Origin: Eledone cirrhosa
Lineage: Eukaryota
Direction of reading: 5' to 3'
Assembly: GCA_964016885.1 (NCBI GenBank)
Contig: OZ024747.1
Location: 39,804,001 to 39,868,000 of the forward strand
DNA: 64,000 nt
In this document: positions 44,211 to 57,257 of the stretch, in pieces
Layout of the letters: each line of letters opens with the position of its first letter
Numbering within the stretch: the first letter of the stretch is position 1
Position numbers and translations under genes: made by a program
The notes under the pieces: generated by a model
Told to the model about the DNA's origin: nothing
Seen by the model: the letters and a program-made list of their open reading frames with translations, nothing else
Database searches by the model: none

Positions 44211-44645
44211 CAATGATATTAAATAAATGGAAACTATATTTATAAATCTATAATTATTCTATTTTATATATTTCAAGGGTACCAAAACTTTGGTAAACTT
44301 TCATCAGATAAAATACAAAGTTTGTTTTTATAAAATTTTACATAACCAAGAAAAGATGCCTTAACGTTTCAAGTTTTCCTTGGATAGTGAAGGGAGGATA
44401 AGAGAAGAACCCTTGAAATATATATAATAGAATAAATATGGTTTTATAAATATAGTTTCCATTTATTTAATATCATTGAATATTATACTCCAGAAAACGT
44501 GTCGATTGCTCTGAATCAGTTATAAACATTTATATTTGTTGAATTACCAACAAATTGAATATCCCTTTTGCTTATATATATGTATATATATAAGCAAATT
44601 CTTTGCTTATATATATACATTCTTTGCTTAAACTTTAATCTGTTA

Positions 44646-44652
<7 letters not shown>
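44211..44652. mobile_element. family-X fold-back element (HHR core 44301-44307, minus)
   Basis: Inverted arms 44211-44280 / 44409-44478; tail to 44575; (TA)n flanks. Confidence 0.8.
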
Positions 44653-44698
<46 letters not shown>

Positions 44699-44763
44699 AA
44701 TCAGGAAAGAAGAGTGACACGGTTTGCTATACAAAAAAGGTTTTTAATCTCATTGCTGACAAT

Positions 44764-45005
44764 ACAGGATGGTACAGGATGGTACAGGATGGTACAGGAC
44801 GGTACAGGTCAGTACAGGACGGTACAGGTAGATACAGAAGGTACAGGATGGTACAGGACGGTACAGAACTGTACAGACCGTACAGGATAGTACAGGATGG
44901 TACATGATGGTAGAGGACGGTACAGGATGGTACAGGACAGTACAGGATTGTACGGGAAGGTACAGTACGGTACACCTAAGTGTACGGGAAGGTACACCTA
45001 AGTGG
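44764..45005. repeat. 10-bp minisatellite (ACAGGATGGT)n, degenerate
   Basis: More than 20 variant units, abutting the element tail at 44697-44763. Confidence 0.9.
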
Positions 45006-45033
45006 ACTGCATATAACTATTATTTGTTACCCC

Positions 45034-45080
<47 letters not shown>

Positions 45081-45082
<2 letters not shown>

Positions 45083-46160
45083 AAAAGTAAATAGCAACAA
45101 CAAGGAGTACAGTTACGAACGGTGTTAGGTATTAGGTTCCCACTTCAGAGTGGGGGGTGGGAGGGTCGACGTTTCAGACATAAGCCCTTCACCAGGAGAA
45201 TGGTGGGAAGGAGAGGAGTTCCGAGAGGTTGTGAGGGGGTAGTCGTGGAAAAACATTAAAACAACAGGGAAAAATTTTAAATAAAGGGAAAAAAATAAAA
45301 ATAAAAATATCTCATTAGTGGGACAATAAGTTGAAAACAAGTGGTGAAAGGGTGTGGAGCGTTTAGAGGTGGTGGTGGGTGGATGGAAGCGGAGAAGGAA
45401 ATTGGGGGTCCGAGCGGGGAGGGTGGAAGGTGGTGTGTGCGTGTAGGTGTATGTGTGTGTAGGTCTACTTGTGTGTGTGTGTGTGTGTGTGTGTATGCGT
45501 GGATGTGAGTGTGAGAGTTTGGGAGTGAACGAGGTTCTGTGCTCGGTTATTAGGAAAACCAGTGTATACATTGGAGTGGGATGGAAGTCTGTGTGTGTGT
45601 GTGTGCGTGTGGATGGAGGGGGGTTGGATGGGGATGGGGGAGAAGGAGTCCGGAGGCGGAGTGGGTATATGTGACGGTACGCACATGTGTGTGTGTGTGT
45701 GTTTTTGTGTGGTGTGGATACGTGGGAATGTATGGTTGTGTGTGCGTGTGCGAAAATAGTGTTAGTGTTTGTGTGTATGTGTGTTCCTGAATGGTATTCC
45801 GGTGTGTATGTGTAGAAAGATGGTGAAATTACGGGTAGTATCTCGTAGATATCCTGAGATTGTGCCAGAGGTGTGGATCCGTGGAATTGGTGAGGAGGAA
45901 GTAGAAAGTTGCGCGCGCAACAGGAAGTTGTGAAGATGGTCAAGGCAGGGGTTGAAGGGAGGAGGAGAGCAATCAAAGAGTAGGGAGTGTAAGAGGTAGT
46001 AGCAGGTATGTAGGAATGTGTGTATGTCTGTGCGGAGATAAGGCGGACGTGAAAAGTTGAAGGCGAGGGTGCCGGTGTGTGTAGGGGTGTTGTGTGTATA
46101 TTAGTGGAGGTGCGGGTGGGGGTTAGTGGTGGTAGTAGGGTGTTTGAATAGTGTGAGTGA

Positions 46161-46203
<43 letters not shown>

Positions 46204-46820
46204 TATATATATACTGGTGCGTTTTGATTGTGGGTTCGTGTTTGGTAGGGGAAGGGGTGGGGACTGTCAGTATTATTAGTGGTGGGGTGGACAAAAGGGT
46301 TGGGGATGGCTGGAAATGGAGGGGACTGTTAATCTTGGGAGTGTCTTAGTGGGGTTAGTGTTGGCGTGTAGGGCAGGGGAACGGTCGAAGGTTAAAGAAA
46401 GAGGCGTGGGGAGTTCTAACCGGGGGGGGGGGGTCTGTAGGGTGAAGATGGCGTGTTGTTCGGCCCTAAGTCGGGTGTTGGGGGTTCTATGGCATTTAAT
46501 CAGGCCGCAGCCGGTTAGGTTGCTGGTGGAGTGACCAGCGGAGCTAAAGTGGCATGCGAAGTGGGAACTCACACCGAGACGGATGTCGCGGAGGTGCTCC
46601 GTGAACCGATCCGCCAGGCGACGTCCGGTCTGTCCGACAAAGGAATCCGAAGCGATTTACTGCGCTACGGCAGGCACCAACAAAAGCGTCCAGGGTTCTG
46701 AATTGCCCAGATGCCGGCGTCCAAGAAGCTGGTCGTCGGCCGAGGGTGAGAAAGTGGTCTGGAGCGGCCGGAGCCGGTGGGGTCTTGTGAAAGTGCGCCT
46801 GTAGCTTGGTGCGTCGAGAG
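45081..46820 (-). mobile_element. internally deleted Neptune PLE (RT removed) with pLTR and HHR-like motif at 45165-45200
   Basis: N-terminal RRTKLQAHF..TLDAFVGACR is fused near 46638 to GIY-YIG VGQTGRRLADRFTEH; 3' UTR homologous to 11020-12600; (TA)n at both ends. Confidence 0.88.
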
Positions 46821-46871
46821 AGAGCGAGAGAGAAAAAGAGAATCATATATATATATATATATATATATATT

Positions 46872-47426
46872 TAGGTTTGTTGGTTCACCACTGGATAGAA
46901 CAGGTCATTCCGTATGGTCAACCTCGATGTAATATTAAGGAGAGCACTCGACGTAATGCAACACACCCGTCTTCGTTTGTGTTGTTGGTGGTGCGAGTAC
47001 GGAGTTAATTATTTTAAAATAACAGGAGGCCGGACTGGTGTAATTCCTTAAAAGGTTTATTATACTATGATCATTTCAAGGACCGAGTTCAGTATGAAGC
47101 CGGTGACATCATCAGGTATTCGAAATATAACAAAGGAATGTAATAGACAAAATCCATGGGGCTGAAATTCAGAGATACGAGTGCGACGGAACATTTAGCA
47201 CCTTCTACCCCGGTCTGCCGCCCCCGACCGGAGTAGAAGCTGTTAAATGTTCGGTTGCCCTCATGTCTCTGAATTTCAGCCCCATGGATTTTGTCTATTA
47301 CATTCCTTTGTTATATTTCGAATACCTGATGATGTCACCGGCTTCATACTGAACTCGGTCCTTGAAATGATCATAGTATAATAAACCTTTTAAGGAATTA
47401 CACCAGTCCGGCCTCCTGTTATTTTA
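46872..47426. mobile_element. large fold-back element with a hammerhead in each arm
   Basis: Perfect 161-bp arms 47015-47175 / 47266-47426, imperfect inner hairpin, single-copy tail 46872-47014, (TA)n flanks. Confidence 0.88.
47322..47379 (+). ncRNA. type-I hammerhead (mirror copy at 47062-47119 on minus)
   Basis: ATAC CTGATGA TGTC-ACCG..TTCA-TAC-TGAA..CGGT-CCTT GAAA TGATCA TA GTAT, then AATAAA. Confidence 0.75.
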
Positions 47427-47429
47427 TCA

Positions 47430-47503
<74 letters not shown>

Positions 47504-48471
47504 GGGGGGGGGGTGTACGACAGTTATATGGAAATGCATGAGTTATACAAACTTGCGTGACTATATTTTAAAGCAAAGGTTAAGAAATGGAACAGAGAAA
47601 ATCAAAGATATAATGCGCAAAATATTTACCATTCTTATGACGCACATTATATTTAATATTTGAGCACCGTGTATGTCTGCGAATGTATCAACCTCTGTGT
47701 TGATGCCTGTGCTGAATAGTTTCCTGCCATTGCGAACACGATTAATTAGTGGTGAGATGCTGTTCATCTATCTGGATATATTTCAATATCAGTTTTCACC
47801 GACTTATTTTTGGTTCCATCATATTGTAGACGACTTTCCATCGATATGTATATATAATCAATACTATACAATTCTATTGAAGCATGAAATTCTGGTAAGT
47901 AGTTCCTAGAGTTTGTCGTTCACATTGACATTAAATCACGAGGTTTTTCTTCTCTCTGTATGTGATTTTTTTGTTTTTTTGTTTTTTTGCGATATACCTG
48001 ACTGGCAAGTATATGATCTGCGACCATGTTTTGAAGCTAAAGCAATTACATCTTAGCAGTGCCATTTTCGCTACTACAAATCCCCCCCCCCTCCCTAAAA
48101 AAATTATATTCACTTAACATCTATCATTTATTTTCTGGTGTCAAAATATTAGTCATTCAACTACCACAGTTCTACGGTTATCTTTTTTTTTTTCTGTTTT
48201 ACTTCTTTGAAAAATTATTATTTTAACAATGCTTGAAATTAATTAGTCAAATAATTTGTTAGTCGTATTCTGGCTTTTGTCTCACCAGATTAAGGTAATT
48301 AATATTTGATTGACAATCAAAAATGTCTGATGAACATTAGCACCTAATTGCTAAAACAAGCCTGTCAAGGTGTGCATATAAGACACAATTTCTATCGTTC
48401 ACTAATAGGTCACACACACACACACATACACACAACACACACACATGCGCACACAATATTTTGTTTAATAA

Positions 48472-48657
48472 TTGTTTCTACTTTCAGCACAAGGCCAGAA
48501 ATTAACTAGTGCATTACTGGTACTTTATTTTATCGACCCCGTAAGGATGAAAGGCAAAATTAACCTCAGCGGGATTTGAACTCAGAATGGCAAGGGCCGT
48601 AACTCTATGCGTCAAAGCATGGCGTCCGAGCCTCTACTGATACTCCCAATCCACCGT
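48472..48657 (-). mobile_element. SINE S1
   Basis: Full-length match to the other S1 copies. Confidence 0.9.
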
Positions 48658-49254
48658 TTAATAATCTCAACCAACTATAACACATCGCTGTGTTGATAAA
48701 CTATATATTTAAGTCAAATATTCCAAGCAGGGATTATTGCACTTCTAAAAAGTCGCTTATATTAATGTTTCTTTATAAAACTTCCTACAATGCCCCTAAG
48801 ACACAATGATTTCATACAGTTCCACCTATATAATTACAGATTAGTAATAAGATCAGATATAGGTATATGCATAAACACACGGATAGATATGTTGATACAG
48901 ACAGATGAAAAGCGGTAGATATATAGATAGATAAATCGTTAAATGGTACATTCAATATCGCTCTCACTATTTCCCTTGTGGTCGAGTTAACCAGGAGTGT
49001 ACTAACTGCTATTTCTAGCAAATACGTTATTCGTTCATTGTCCACCTTACTACTCTTCTGTGAGCACTGTATCCTGTGTTAAGAAACAGTTCTTTTTTTA
49101 TGAGGGGTCTCTTGATAAGCCGTACCAACCTCACAGCGACGATGAATTTTTATAGTGCAGTGATTTGCACACGGATCGGCGAAACTGCAGTCGGGTTTTT
49201 TGAAGAGAAAATAGATATATTTTTGTCTATTATTTCCTCATATTTTGTAATTTG

Positions 49255-49294
<40 letters not shown>

Positions 49295-49499
49295 ATGCCT
49301 GTATTTGTGTGTATTTACATGTCTTTAGTAACATTTGTAAAGTGATACGTCTACGTTTCTATTCATTCTTCCTATATATACACAGTCTTATTAGCCCATT
49401 CATTCTTACACAGCCTCTTTCTTTCAACGCGCCTCGCTTTGTCTTTATAGACTCTCTTTCTCTCTCTAACACATACATACACTCGTATGTATGTGTGTA

Positions 49500-49628
<129 letters not shown>

Positions 49629-49652
49629 TTGTGTGTTGACATTCACACTCAG

Positions 49653-49742
<90 letters not shown>

Positions 49743-50062
49743 ACTATACGTGCCATGCGTATATGAATACATCTATATGCAAATACGTTTCCAATGCACA
49801 TTGTATATAATATATATCCAATATCATACATGTTGAAAAAGTATATGTTCATCGTTATTTCATTGTATTTTATGATTTTACTCATGGTTAATTTTTCATT
49901 TTGTTTCCTATGTTTACTCATCTTCAGACAAGATAAGTTATTACACTTTGCAGAATTACACTTTTTCACCTACATTTGGAGTATGGATGTTTTTTGTGGT
50001 AAAAACATTTGCAACCACGTGATACTCGGTTCTATTGCATTGTGCACCATAGCAGCATATTG

Positions 50063-50104
<42 letters not shown>

Positions 50105-50174
50105 AAATTCTGTCTTAAGCCAGAAGGCTCATTTGGCTGGTGCTTATTCCGGTTTCATTGCGTGAAGCGACTGA

Positions 50175-51110
50175 CAGAGAAATTAGTGGAAAAAATGAGA
50201 AAAAGTGGAAAATAAAAGTTAAAATACAAGTTGTAAAAAGATGTGAGTCGTGTAGGAGTGGTGGTGCATGACGGGTGGATGGAGGGGGAGGGGAGAGAGA
50301 GGAGGAAGGAAAAAGGGAGTCCGAGCGGGGAGGGCGGCAGGTGAGGTGTGTGTACGTGTGTGTGTGTACGTGTGTGTGTGTATGCGTGGATGTAAGTGTC
50401 AGAGACTGGGGGAGAGCGGGAGTGCGTGCTTGTGGGTTTTGAAAAAACATTGTGTATGTTGGGGTGGAGTGTAAATCTGTATGTGTGTGTGTGGGGGGGG
50501 GGGGGGAGATCGTGCGGATTCTGGAGGCAGTGTGGGTGTATGTGAGGATGCGCACGTGTGTGTGTGTTTGTAGTGAACAGAGGGTGATGTGGGTTCGTGT
50601 GGAATGTATGGTTGCGTGTGTGCGAAAATTGTGTGTTTGTGTGTGTCTAAGTTTCTGAATGGTTGTCGATGTGTGTGTGAGTGGTGGCCCAGTTCCGAGT
50701 TCGAATCGCATTGGTACCCGAGGGGGTAAGCCCTGTGGTAGGATCCATAGGAATGGTGAGGAGGAAGTGGAATGTTAAGGGGCGCGCGCAACAGGAAGTG
50801 GCCAAGATGGTCAAGGCAAGGGGCGAGGGGGGAGATGGCTGGGCAATGTGTGAGAGAGGGAGGGGAGGAGGTGAGCAGAACAGACTGGTGAGAGGTAGTA
50901 ACAGCTGTGAAGTGGTGAGAAGTAGTAGCTGGCAGGTGTGTATGGGTAAGAGTGGCATGTAGGTGAGTATGTGTGTGTGGAGTTGTGTGTATGTGTGTGC
51001 GAAGGTGTGGTGGATATGAAAGGAGTTGGGGTCAGTGTGACAAGTTGAAGGAGAGAGTGGTGGGTGGGTGTGGGGGTATATTAGTGGAGGTGTTAGTAGG
51101 ATGTGGGTGT
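50175..51110 (-). mobile_element. Neptune PLE 3' UTR fragment
   Basis: Shares GTCCGAGCGGGGAGGG and GCGCGCAACAGGAA..GGTCAAGGCA with 11350-11830 and 45410-45950. Confidence 0.75.
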
Positions 51111-52636
51111 CAGAAGCGAGGTTGATAGGGTTCCTTTTTCTCAGGTTTCTCATAGAAATGAATTTTTATTTGGAGAGCTCATGAGTGTGGACCTGTTTGT
51201 ACGTACTTCGCCAAAATATTTGATATGGAGAGATTTTTGTTGGCGTTATGGTTAGTGGAGGAAGTGGATTGTAAGAATGGTAGATGGAAAGTTTTGAGTT
51301 ATTTTCTGTAGTGTAGTTAATCCTGCTATCGTTGATGATGGATATATAGCAATTTCACGTAGATATACTTTCGACAGTGGTTGTCTTCGAGATCGAATCT
51401 CATTCTGTCATCGAGCCGTCGTGATAGGATGAAATTTGAAAAATTAATCTGTCCCTTTAAGCTAATGTCCCTTTGAGCCATAGGAAATAAAGTTTTATTG
51501 TGAAACATAATATGGAAAATATTGAACGGTGATATAATGATTAATAATAAATTGATATGTATTTGTATGCGTATGCTCTTGAATATTGATGTGTGTGTGT
51601 GAGTGTGTGTTGAGAGTATAATTATTTGCTGCGTGTTGGTCACGTCGCTTATCTATGTGGCATTCGTTAATTCTGTATGTTCTCATAGGGGTACAGCTTT
51701 CATCATATATATTTCCCATCAATACTTCCTATATTTGCTATTATCATTTTAGAAATTATATTTAGTAACATTTTTGTATCTATTGTGGGTGTTGCAATCT
51801 CCAAAACAGAATTATTTCTAGGTGTAAATAATTTTTTACACATTTTGGTTTCAGTTATCAACTTTTGCCACAAATATACATGTATAAATCACTCATTATG
51901 TCACTTTATGTTTGCTATTGCCCCGAAAAGTTGAGAAATACACTAAGAAATACTGAAAACAACAACAAACCACTTGTGATTAATAGCTTAGGAAGTGGGC
52001 AAACAGAGAAAAAATGTAGCATTCAAATGGATTTCTAATTAGATTTTAATGAAAACTCTATGTCGTCAAATTTGATATAATTCATTTTTTCTTTTTAATT
52101 ATTAATTAAAATGTCATTTGATAATATAAGGACAGAATTTACTTCACTGCTAGGGAAGAAAATACAAAATACTAAACGGGGAATAAAAAAAAGAAGAAAA
52201 CATAATTCCGAGAAACTTATTTCAGAAAATTATGAAGTGAAAGAAATGTCAAATATATGATATTATTTCAAAGGCATAATTGTTATAAATGTTAACTTAT
52301 TCACCTATTCTATTATGATGGGTTGGTTGTGCAGACGATAGATGTCAACAGTAGCAGAAAATTACAAAGAAAAAAAAATAATAATAAAACAGTAAGAAAA
52401 ACGCGACAAATAAATGTTGAAGTAGCAAACTTAGATATTACATTTTAAAGAAAAGGATCAGACAGTTGTTCCACAAAAGGTGAGCTTATTTATAAAACCA
52501 TTCACTTAATAGAGAAAGAGGCATTGTGTGGTGTGATAAATTACCTTTTGACTTCTGTCGGCTCATTAATAGCTAGTGCCTTGCAGAATTATACAAAGAA
52601 TAACATGAACATTGTTGTTTAATATATATATATAAG

Positions 52637-53314
52637 GATTGGTGCTCTGAAATAACGATGTATATATGAATGTATGTATAGTATATTTGGCAATATACTG
52701 TATGTTTAATTAAAAACATTTTGAAGACTTTACGCTGTCATTTTTAAAGTAGTGACTATGTCACTTACTTCTTTTCGGCGAAAGAAGAGGCAGAGAAGCT
52801 AACAGTTTGTTTCCTTCTGTTTGGCAATCATCAGAGCTACGTACTGCCCTCTTCCGCAAAAAATTATAGAAGCTGGATTCTTATAGAATTCCAGTAATAA
52901 TCAGGAGCTGATTATACAGAGCGATTGCCGGTTCAGCAAAAATTAAGTATTATGATTGGTGCTCTGAAATAACGATGTATATATGAATGTATGTAGAGTA
53001 TATTTGGCAATATACCGTATGTTTAATTAAAAACATTTTGAAGACCTTGCGCTATAATTTTTAAAGTAGTAACTATGTATAATCTGTATAATCAGCTCCT
53101 GATTATTACTGGAATTATATAGGAATCCAGCTCCTATAATTTTCGGCGGTAGACGGCAGTACGTAGCTCTGATGATTGCCAAACAGCTTCTCTGCCTGCT
53201 TTCGCTGAAAAGAAGTAAGTGACATAGTTACTACTTTAAAATGATAGAGTAAGGTTTTCAAAATGTTTTTAATTAAACATACGGTATATTGCCAAATATA
53301 CTATACATACATTC

Positions 53315-53318
<4 letters not shown>
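52637..53318. mobile_element. second retrozyme-like element: 317-nt tandem unit on minus plus an inverted partial copy
   Basis: GATTGGTGCTCTGAAATAAC recurs at 52637 and 52954; 53083-53318 is inverted; CTGATGA core on both arms; shares ATAATCAGCTCCTGATTATT and CTACTTTAAA with 19642-20262. Confidence 0.8.
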
Positions 53319-53345
<27 letters not shown>

Positions 53346-53346
53346 C

Positions 53347-53728
53347 AAAAGGTAAACAGAAATAACAACACATTCGGTACAGTATATGGAAGGGGTATAT
53401 TAGGTTAACACTTGATATAGCAGGAAGAGGGTTTCGGACGTTAGTCCTTCATCAGAAGAAAGAATGAGAAATAAAATAGATTAAGGGGACGGGCGGGATG
53501 GAATTGGAAAACATGTCTTTAGATAAAAATAATAGGTCCATTCATGTTGGCATCTCTTGCAAAACTGTTGGTGTTGGCGTTTTGTGTTTGATTTGTTTTT
53601 TTAGAAAATTGGATGATGGCGCGCGTCTACCTGAAATGGAAAAAAAAACGTTTTGTAAAAAGAGCTATACTTGAGCACGTGCGTAAGCATAAGTGTGTGT
53701 GTGTGTGTATGTGTGTGTGTGTGGGTGT

Positions 53729-53822
<94 letters not shown>

Positions 53823-54622
53823 ATAGGTCCGTACGAAGCTAAGAAGAGATATGTGTGTATATGTGAGTAAAAGAGTGTGTGTGCATGTAAGTACGGAGCT
53901 ATGAGCAAAGAGAAGCGATAGGAATCTAGGGGTGTGATAAAGGACGGGGTATTAGAGAAATTGGGGAGGTGAGTTGAGTCCAAGAGGGGAATAGGACCCA
54001 AGACGGTGAATCAGATTTTGTTCAGTCCTGGTGCGCGAGGCTTGTGATCCATGAAGTAAAAGGACACCGAGGACTGAAACATGTAGGGAAGAATGACCAG
54101 GAGAACAGAAATGACGGGCGACAGGAGTATCCAAACCGAGTCGTATGTCCCTCAAATGTTCGGCAAACCGGTCCGCCATACGGTGTCCCGTTTGTCCGAT
54201 ATATGAAGAGCCGGAAAGGGAACACCGGAGGGCATAGACAACGTAGGTGGATGTGCAAGTGAAGGAATGGCGGATCCAGAAAGACCTGTTAGGGCCTGTA
54301 AGAGTAGTGAGGGTGGAAATAAAGAGACAAGTGTTGCAGCGGGAACGGAAACAAGTATGAGAGCCGGGTGGAGACGTGAAACAGGACGAAAAAGAACTGC
54401 GAACCAGGAGGTCGCGGAGGTTTCGGATGCGCTTAAAAGAAATAATGGGTGGGTTTGGAAAAAACGAGAAGTGACGGGGTCAGAATAGAGGACACGGAAG
54501 GAACGGAGGATATGTTGCCAGAGTGGTAGGGTGCTGGGGTGGTAGGTGAGAGGGAAAGGAACACGGGTATTGGGAGGGCGGGGGTGAGGTGAGAGGGTTG
54601 TGGTGCGGTCTGTTTCACGGGC
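53347..54622 (-). mobile_element. 5'-truncated Neptune-type PLE (linker, GIY-YIG, pLTR) with minimal hammerhead at 53425-53460
   Basis: RVPFPLTYHP, CNTC, YIGQTG..ADRFAEHLRDIR..PVARHF..EQNLIHRLGS..PLGLN; minus strand CTGATGA AGGAC-TAAC-GTCC GAAA CCC TC. Confidence 0.88.
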
Positions 54623-54643
54623 ATATGTATGTATGTGTATATG

Positions 54644-54676
<33 letters not shown>

Positions 54677-56169
54677 ACATATATATGTATATATATATAT
54701 GTATATGTATATATGTGTGTGTGTGACTATGCATGTATCTAAGTTGGTATGTATGTATGCTGTGCTCATCCTGACTGAAATTCTTAGGCCTTCTCGACCG
54801 GTCACATCATCACGGGAAAGGTTATAAAGAAAAGACTCACGGTTTTTCTTTTGTTGTTGTCGTTTGCATAGACCAGCACCCATCAAATATTAAGAAATGC
54901 TTGCAGATATCTTTTATCCCAGTGAGTTTGATAAACTATACCATATAAATTATCCAGTTGCGATCCCAGGTCGTGAATCCAATTTCAGGTCTACTTTACT
55001 CCATATGGTTTGCTACCTATTATATCACTTAAATAATTTTGGGAATGTAATTGAAAGTGTATCTCCGGTAGAAGTTTGAATTTCTATTAATAATCCAACT
55101 ACTTTTACACTTTCGTATCACGCTGTTCACAAATAACGTCCAAGACTGAAATTGGTTTTATTCTCTGGAACCAAACAACAATATTTGGGTCATTGTATTT
55201 TATTTTATTTTGTTTTAGATTTATTTCCATTTAATATACTATGTACCAATCCGTCTCAATATATTCATATTTATTTGCTGTGATCGTATCTTTCTTATAC
55301 TATTCCAGATTTGCCGCGCTATATTTTCTTTCTTACAGTTGTTAATAATCGTGTTCATGATTTTGCATATCTTGCATATGCATTTAACTGACATTTTCTG
55401 CTTTCAACTCGTAGGTACTTGAAGGCGACCTCGTGTATCTAAATACCATGGAGGGTGCATTCAATTTGAGTATGCATTCAATTTATCGTATTCAATTTGT
55501 CGGTATTACATGTAAGTCTTTGAAGTGCTTTATTTCAGCTGTGAACTGAATTTTTCGTGACAAGTTCACCCTTCTATTTTAAGTATTTTCTCACTTTACT
55601 GCGTTATTAATTAGGTTTCTGCAGTTCTATTTCCTGTCACCTTTTAAGCTCAATAAATGTCCAATTAATGCTGCTGTTTTCGTGTTCGTTATCAAGAGCC
55701 ACATAGGTACTGAACCCAGCTTTCTCTCCTTTAAAGTTTGCTTAAGTAACACTATAAGAATCTCGTACAACAAACATCGATAAAAGCACCTTCATTGCGT
55801 TGGAAATGTCACCTCTTAATATTTCCATTCATATTGAAATTTCTAAATTTCTAATAAATATATACATATATATATATACATGCAAACATGTACAGATACA
55901 AAACATATATACATGCACACATACAACTCAAAACATCCACATCCACACATACAACTCAAAACATCCACATCCACACATACAATATCCATATCTACACATG
56001 CATGCAGACATGCAGACATAATCTACCGAGTTAATGTGTAAATTCCAATGAGAGTCTTGTGTCTATGTTAGAAACCGACCCTCTCTCTATTGGTAAAATT
56101 TGTGAAATTATAAAACCAGAAGAATAAACATACATACATACATGCACACATACTTACATACATACATAG

Positions 56170-56650
56170 CTTGCGAGAGCTGTTCCTTATCCTCTCATTA
56201 AACCCAATACCACACCTGTTCACAAAACATAGTGACAATAGAAATATATCTAGAAGTATCTTCCATCTTTTCTATGTCGATGACCTAAAAATTTATGGTT
56301 CAAATGTCAGCCACAAAAAAAAATATTGGACCTCATTATCTAAATTTTTAGTGCCCTACTCCGAAAACCTAAAAATGAACGGCTTGACGATACAATTTCT
56401 ACAGTTAGGTGACAACTATAATTATCTTAGATGAAAATGCCAGTTATAATTGACCTATAAATAAGTAGAGGACCAGGAATAAATGCCACAGTGAATATGT
56501 TTATCAAAACTCTCAGAGTCCTCAATATGTTTGCTGTGTCTATTCTAACGCCAACATTTGGCCTGCTTAACCGGCCAGAACACGATAGATATATGAATTC
56601 GGAAGCTACTGAGTGTTACTGGAAACTTTAACATCAATGATCATGTGGAC
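56170..56650 (+). mobile_element. decayed R4/Dong-like RT fragment
   Basis: LSLNP..HLFYVDDLKIYG..YNYL. Confidence 0.6.
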
Positions 56651-56654
56651 AGGC

Positions 56655-56698
<44 letters not shown>

Positions 56699-56701
<3 letters not shown>

Positions 56702-57209
56702 CGAAGGAAATGTGGTAAGGAACCAGGTGGACCATAACGCACCAAAGTACTCAATACTTGAGGTAGTAGAGTGGGTAATAGGAACCAGGTCGTAGAATTT
56801 AATTTACTTTACTTTTTTCTTTACACTTATTTGCTTTTCTTCACTCTCAGTATTTTTTCTCTCCTATATATTTCTACCGCCCATTGTTCTACCTACCGTT
56901 CCGACTTCCTCCCCCTCCCCCTCCCCTGTATCTTCTTTGACCTCACGCCCAGCTGTAGCTGGCACTACCAACGCTTGATTGGGTCTACTCCACCCCCTCC
57001 CCTCTTTCTCCTACTGGCAGGTTTAGCCACCATCTCCCCTACTAATTTGCAACCACAGAATTACTACTGATTTTTGACAATCACTTTGACCATATATGGA
57101 ATTACCCCTTGAGAAGATCGGCTATTTAAATACCAGGATAAATTTTCATTTAGTCCAGAATTAGCCGTCGAAACGGCTTGAGCTCAGCTGTCGGGGTCTT
57201 ACTGGTTCC

Positions 57210-57211
<2 letters not shown>
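56699..57211. mobile_element. family-T element: inverted tail (56699-56788) plus forward pLTR with hammerhead, between (TA)n tracts
   Basis: Tail is the reverse complement of 40250-40338; forward part ends CTGGTTCCTA then (TA)n. Confidence 0.8.
57104..57197 (+). ncRNA. type-I hammerhead with U3:A8 core variant
   Basis: ACCCC TTGAGAA GA-T-CGGCTA..TAGCCG-TC GAA ACGGC-TTGAGCTCA-GCTGT C GGGGT; GUC cleavage predicted after 57192. Confidence 0.8.
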
Positions 57212-57240
<29 letters not shown>

Positions 57241-57257
57241 ATATATATATATATCAA

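Noticed and set aside
44764-45005. CRISPR-like or telomere-like array
   Set aside because: It has contiguous 10-bp units with no spacers, in a eukaryotic context, and is not a known telomere unit.
48326-48370. CTGATGA..TAGCA/TGCTA..AAAC..GTC hammerhead-like string
   Set aside because: G12 is missing and there is no stem I.
51360-51425. Minus-strand TCGATGA CAG..CTGTC GAAA hammerhead-like string
   Set aside because: The core is non-canonical and there is no clear NUH or stem I.
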